Origin: Ignavibacteria bacterium
GTDB taxonomy: Bacteria > Bacteroidota > Ignavibacteria > Ignavibacteriales > Melioribacteraceae
Assembly: GCA_011049495.1 (NCBI GenBank)
Contig: DSBF01000034.1
Location: 1-30,554, forward strand
Direction of reading: 5' to 3'
DNA: 30,554 nucleotides
Shown: positions 28,884 through 30,554 of the stretch, in pieces
Numbering within the stretch: the stretch's first letter is position 1
How the letters are laid out: each line of letters starts with the position of its first letter
Program-made: the position numbers and the translations under genes
The notes under the pieces: generated by a model
The model's input: the letters and a program-made list of their open reading frames with translations, nothing else
What the model was told of the DNA's origin: nothing
The model's database searches: none

Positions 28884-30554
28884 CTAGTTAATTTTGATAT
28901 CCAGTGCTAATCCTTGCAATTCTTTTATCAGAACGCTAAAGGCTTCCGGTATATTAGGTTCCGGAAGATTTTCACCTTTAACGATTGCCTCATAAGTTTT
29001 TGCTCTACCTGTAACATCGTCACTTTTTACCGTTAAGATTTCCTGCAGAACATGAGCTGCACCGTATCCTTCAAGTGCCCAGACTTCCATTTCACCAAAC
29101 CTCTGACCGCCAAACTGAGCTTTACCGCCAAGAGGCTGTTGAGTAATAAGCGAATATGGCCCAATGGAACGAGCATGGATTTTATCGTCTATCATATGTC
29201 CTAGTTTCAACATATATATATAACCGCATGTAACTTTTTGATGGAATCTTTCACCGCTTCTTCCATCATGTAACCAGGTTTTACTTCCTTTATCCAATCC
29301 GGCTTTTTCCATCCATTCTTCAACTTCTTGAACAGATGCACTATCAAAAATCGGAGTTTCAAATTTCAGTCCAAGCTGCTGACCAACCCAGCCAAGCGCT
29401 GTTTCATAAAGCTGACCGAGATTCATACGGGAAGGAACACCAAGCGGGTTAAGAATAATATCTACCGGAGTTCCATCTTCGTGGAAAGGCATATCTTCGA
29501 CAGGAACAACTTTTGCCACAACACCCTTGTTTCCGTGACGACCAGCCATTTTATCACCAACTGTAATCTTACGTTTTTTAGCAACGTATACTTTAGCTAA
29601 TTGAACTATTCCCGGAGGAAGTTCATCACCCGACAGAATTTTCTGTTTTTCTCTCTTATATTCTTCTTCCATTTCAGACTTTAGGTAGAAGTAATTCTTA
29701 AATAGAGTTTTTACCATTTCATTGGTTTTTTTATTGTCGAACCAATCTTGTGTATAATCTAATTTAGTAACATCTTCAATGTTTGAGTAAGTATCTTCTG
29801 TGATAACAGTACCGCTTCTCAATACAACACTACCGTCAAGATCTCTGATTCCCGAAGTAGATTTCCCTTCGGAAATTTGAGTAAGTTTTTTAACTAACTT
29901 TTTGTAATGGGTTTCAACTTTACGACTATACTCATGCTCTAAAACATCAAGCTGCTTCTTTTCTATTTTCTTTGAATCAGCATCTTTTCTTTTTCTACTA
30001 AACAAGCGAGTTTTTATAACGACACCTTTCAATCCCGGAGGTGCTTTTAAGGAAGCGTCTTTAACATCACCGGCTTTATCACCAAAGATTGCCTTGAGAA
30101 GTTTTTCTTCAGGAGTCGGATCGGTTTCACCTTTGGGGGTAATTTTACCGATTAAAATATCACCTTCTTTAACTTCGGCACCTTCTCTGACAATACCATT
30201 TTCATCTAAGTCTTTTGTTGCTTCTTCACTTACATTAGGAATATCGCGTGTTAATTCTTCTTCACCTCTTTTTGTTTCTCTAACCTGTAATTCAAATTCT
30301 TCAATATGAATTGATGTGTAAACATCCTCGGAAACCAATCGTTCACTTAATACAATAGCATCTTCAAAGTTGTATCCGCGCCAAGGCATAAAGGCAACTG
30401 CTACGTTTTTACCGAGAGCTAATTCACCGTTTTCTGTTGCCGGTCCGTCAGCAATCACATCACCTTTTTTAATAATTTGACCAGTATTAACAATCGGTTT
30501 TTGGTTAAAACAAGTTTCTTGGTTAGTACCAGAAAACTTAATTAAATTGTACTC
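28884..30554 (-). CDS. rpoB: RNA polymerase beta subunit (3' part; starts beyond right edge)
   Basis: [34 protein letters not shown]. The frame stays open from 30458 to the window end ([20 protein letters not shown]...). Confidence 0.99.
   Translation of the reverse strand, partial: EYNLIKFSGTNQETCFNQKPIVNTGQIIKKGDVIADGPATENGELALGKNVAVAFMPWRGYNFEDAIVLSERLVSEDVYTSIHIEEFELQVRETKRGEEELTRDIPNVSEEATKDLDENGIVREGAEVKEGDILIGKITPKGETDPTPEEKLLKAIFGDKAGDVKDASLKAPPGLKGVVIKTRLFSRKRKDADSKKIEKKQLDVLEHEYSRKVETHYKKLVKKLTQISEGKSTSGIRDLDGSVVLRSGTVITEDTYSNIEDVTKLDYTQDWFDNKKTNEMVKTLFKNYFYLKSEMEEEYKREKQKILSGDELPPGIVQLAKVYVAKKRKITVGDKMAGRHGNKGVVAKVVPVEDMPFHEDGTPVDIILNPLGVPSRMNLGQLYETALGWVGQQLGLKFETPIFDSASVQEVEEWMEKAGLDKGSKTWLHDGRSGERFHQKVTCGYIYMLKLGHMIDDKIHARSIGPYSLITQQPLGGKAQFGGQRFGEMEVWALEGYGAAHVLQEILTVKSDDVTGRAKTYEAIVKGENLPEPNIPEAFSVLIKELQGLALDIKIN

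Noticed and set aside
4032-30309. Plus-strand ORFs of 60-136 aa (e.g. 5892-6302, 23837-24220) and short off-frame minus-strand ORFs (9078-9263, 10403-10600, 22718-22924)
   Set aside because: All overlap well-conserved genes, show no recognisable motifs and look like antisense or alternate-frame shadows of codon-biased genes.
24619-30554. Inserted segments in RpoB and RpoC as possible inteins or novel domains
   Set aside because: RpoC length (1413 aa) is normal, I saw no intein splice motifs, and the inserts resemble known FCB lineage-specific RNAP insertions.

Overview
AT-rich bacterial chromosomal window. Every supported gene is on the minus strand. Protein signatures (RpoB/RpoC inserts, L22 PAPMGRA, short RpoD N-terminus) together with clear Shine-Dalgarno sites suggest a non-Bacteroidia FCB-group organism, most likely Ignavibacteriota; this is inference. 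Positions 5177-30554 hold one unbroken rpoB(partial)-rpoC-str-S10-spc-alpha cluster. Two things stand out. (1) An intact tRNA-Gln(UUG) gene, absent from the ORF track, lies inside the spc operon, 5 nt after the rplR stop codon and 56 nt before rpsE. (2) Downstream of rplQ and yihA, a canonical sigma70-type promoter heads a tightly packed putative operon: membrane GAF-GAF-degenerate GGDEF protein, phosphopentomutase DeoB, a 97-aa unknown, a PIN nuclease, two bacterial microcompartment vertex (EutN/CcmL) genes, and the 5' end of a Bacteroidetes/Chlorobi-type RpoD sigma factor that runs off the left edge and is also missing from the ORF track. rpmJ (L36) was also found by hand, and several ORF-track starts were corrected. 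I saw no mobile elements, CRISPR arrays or rRNA.
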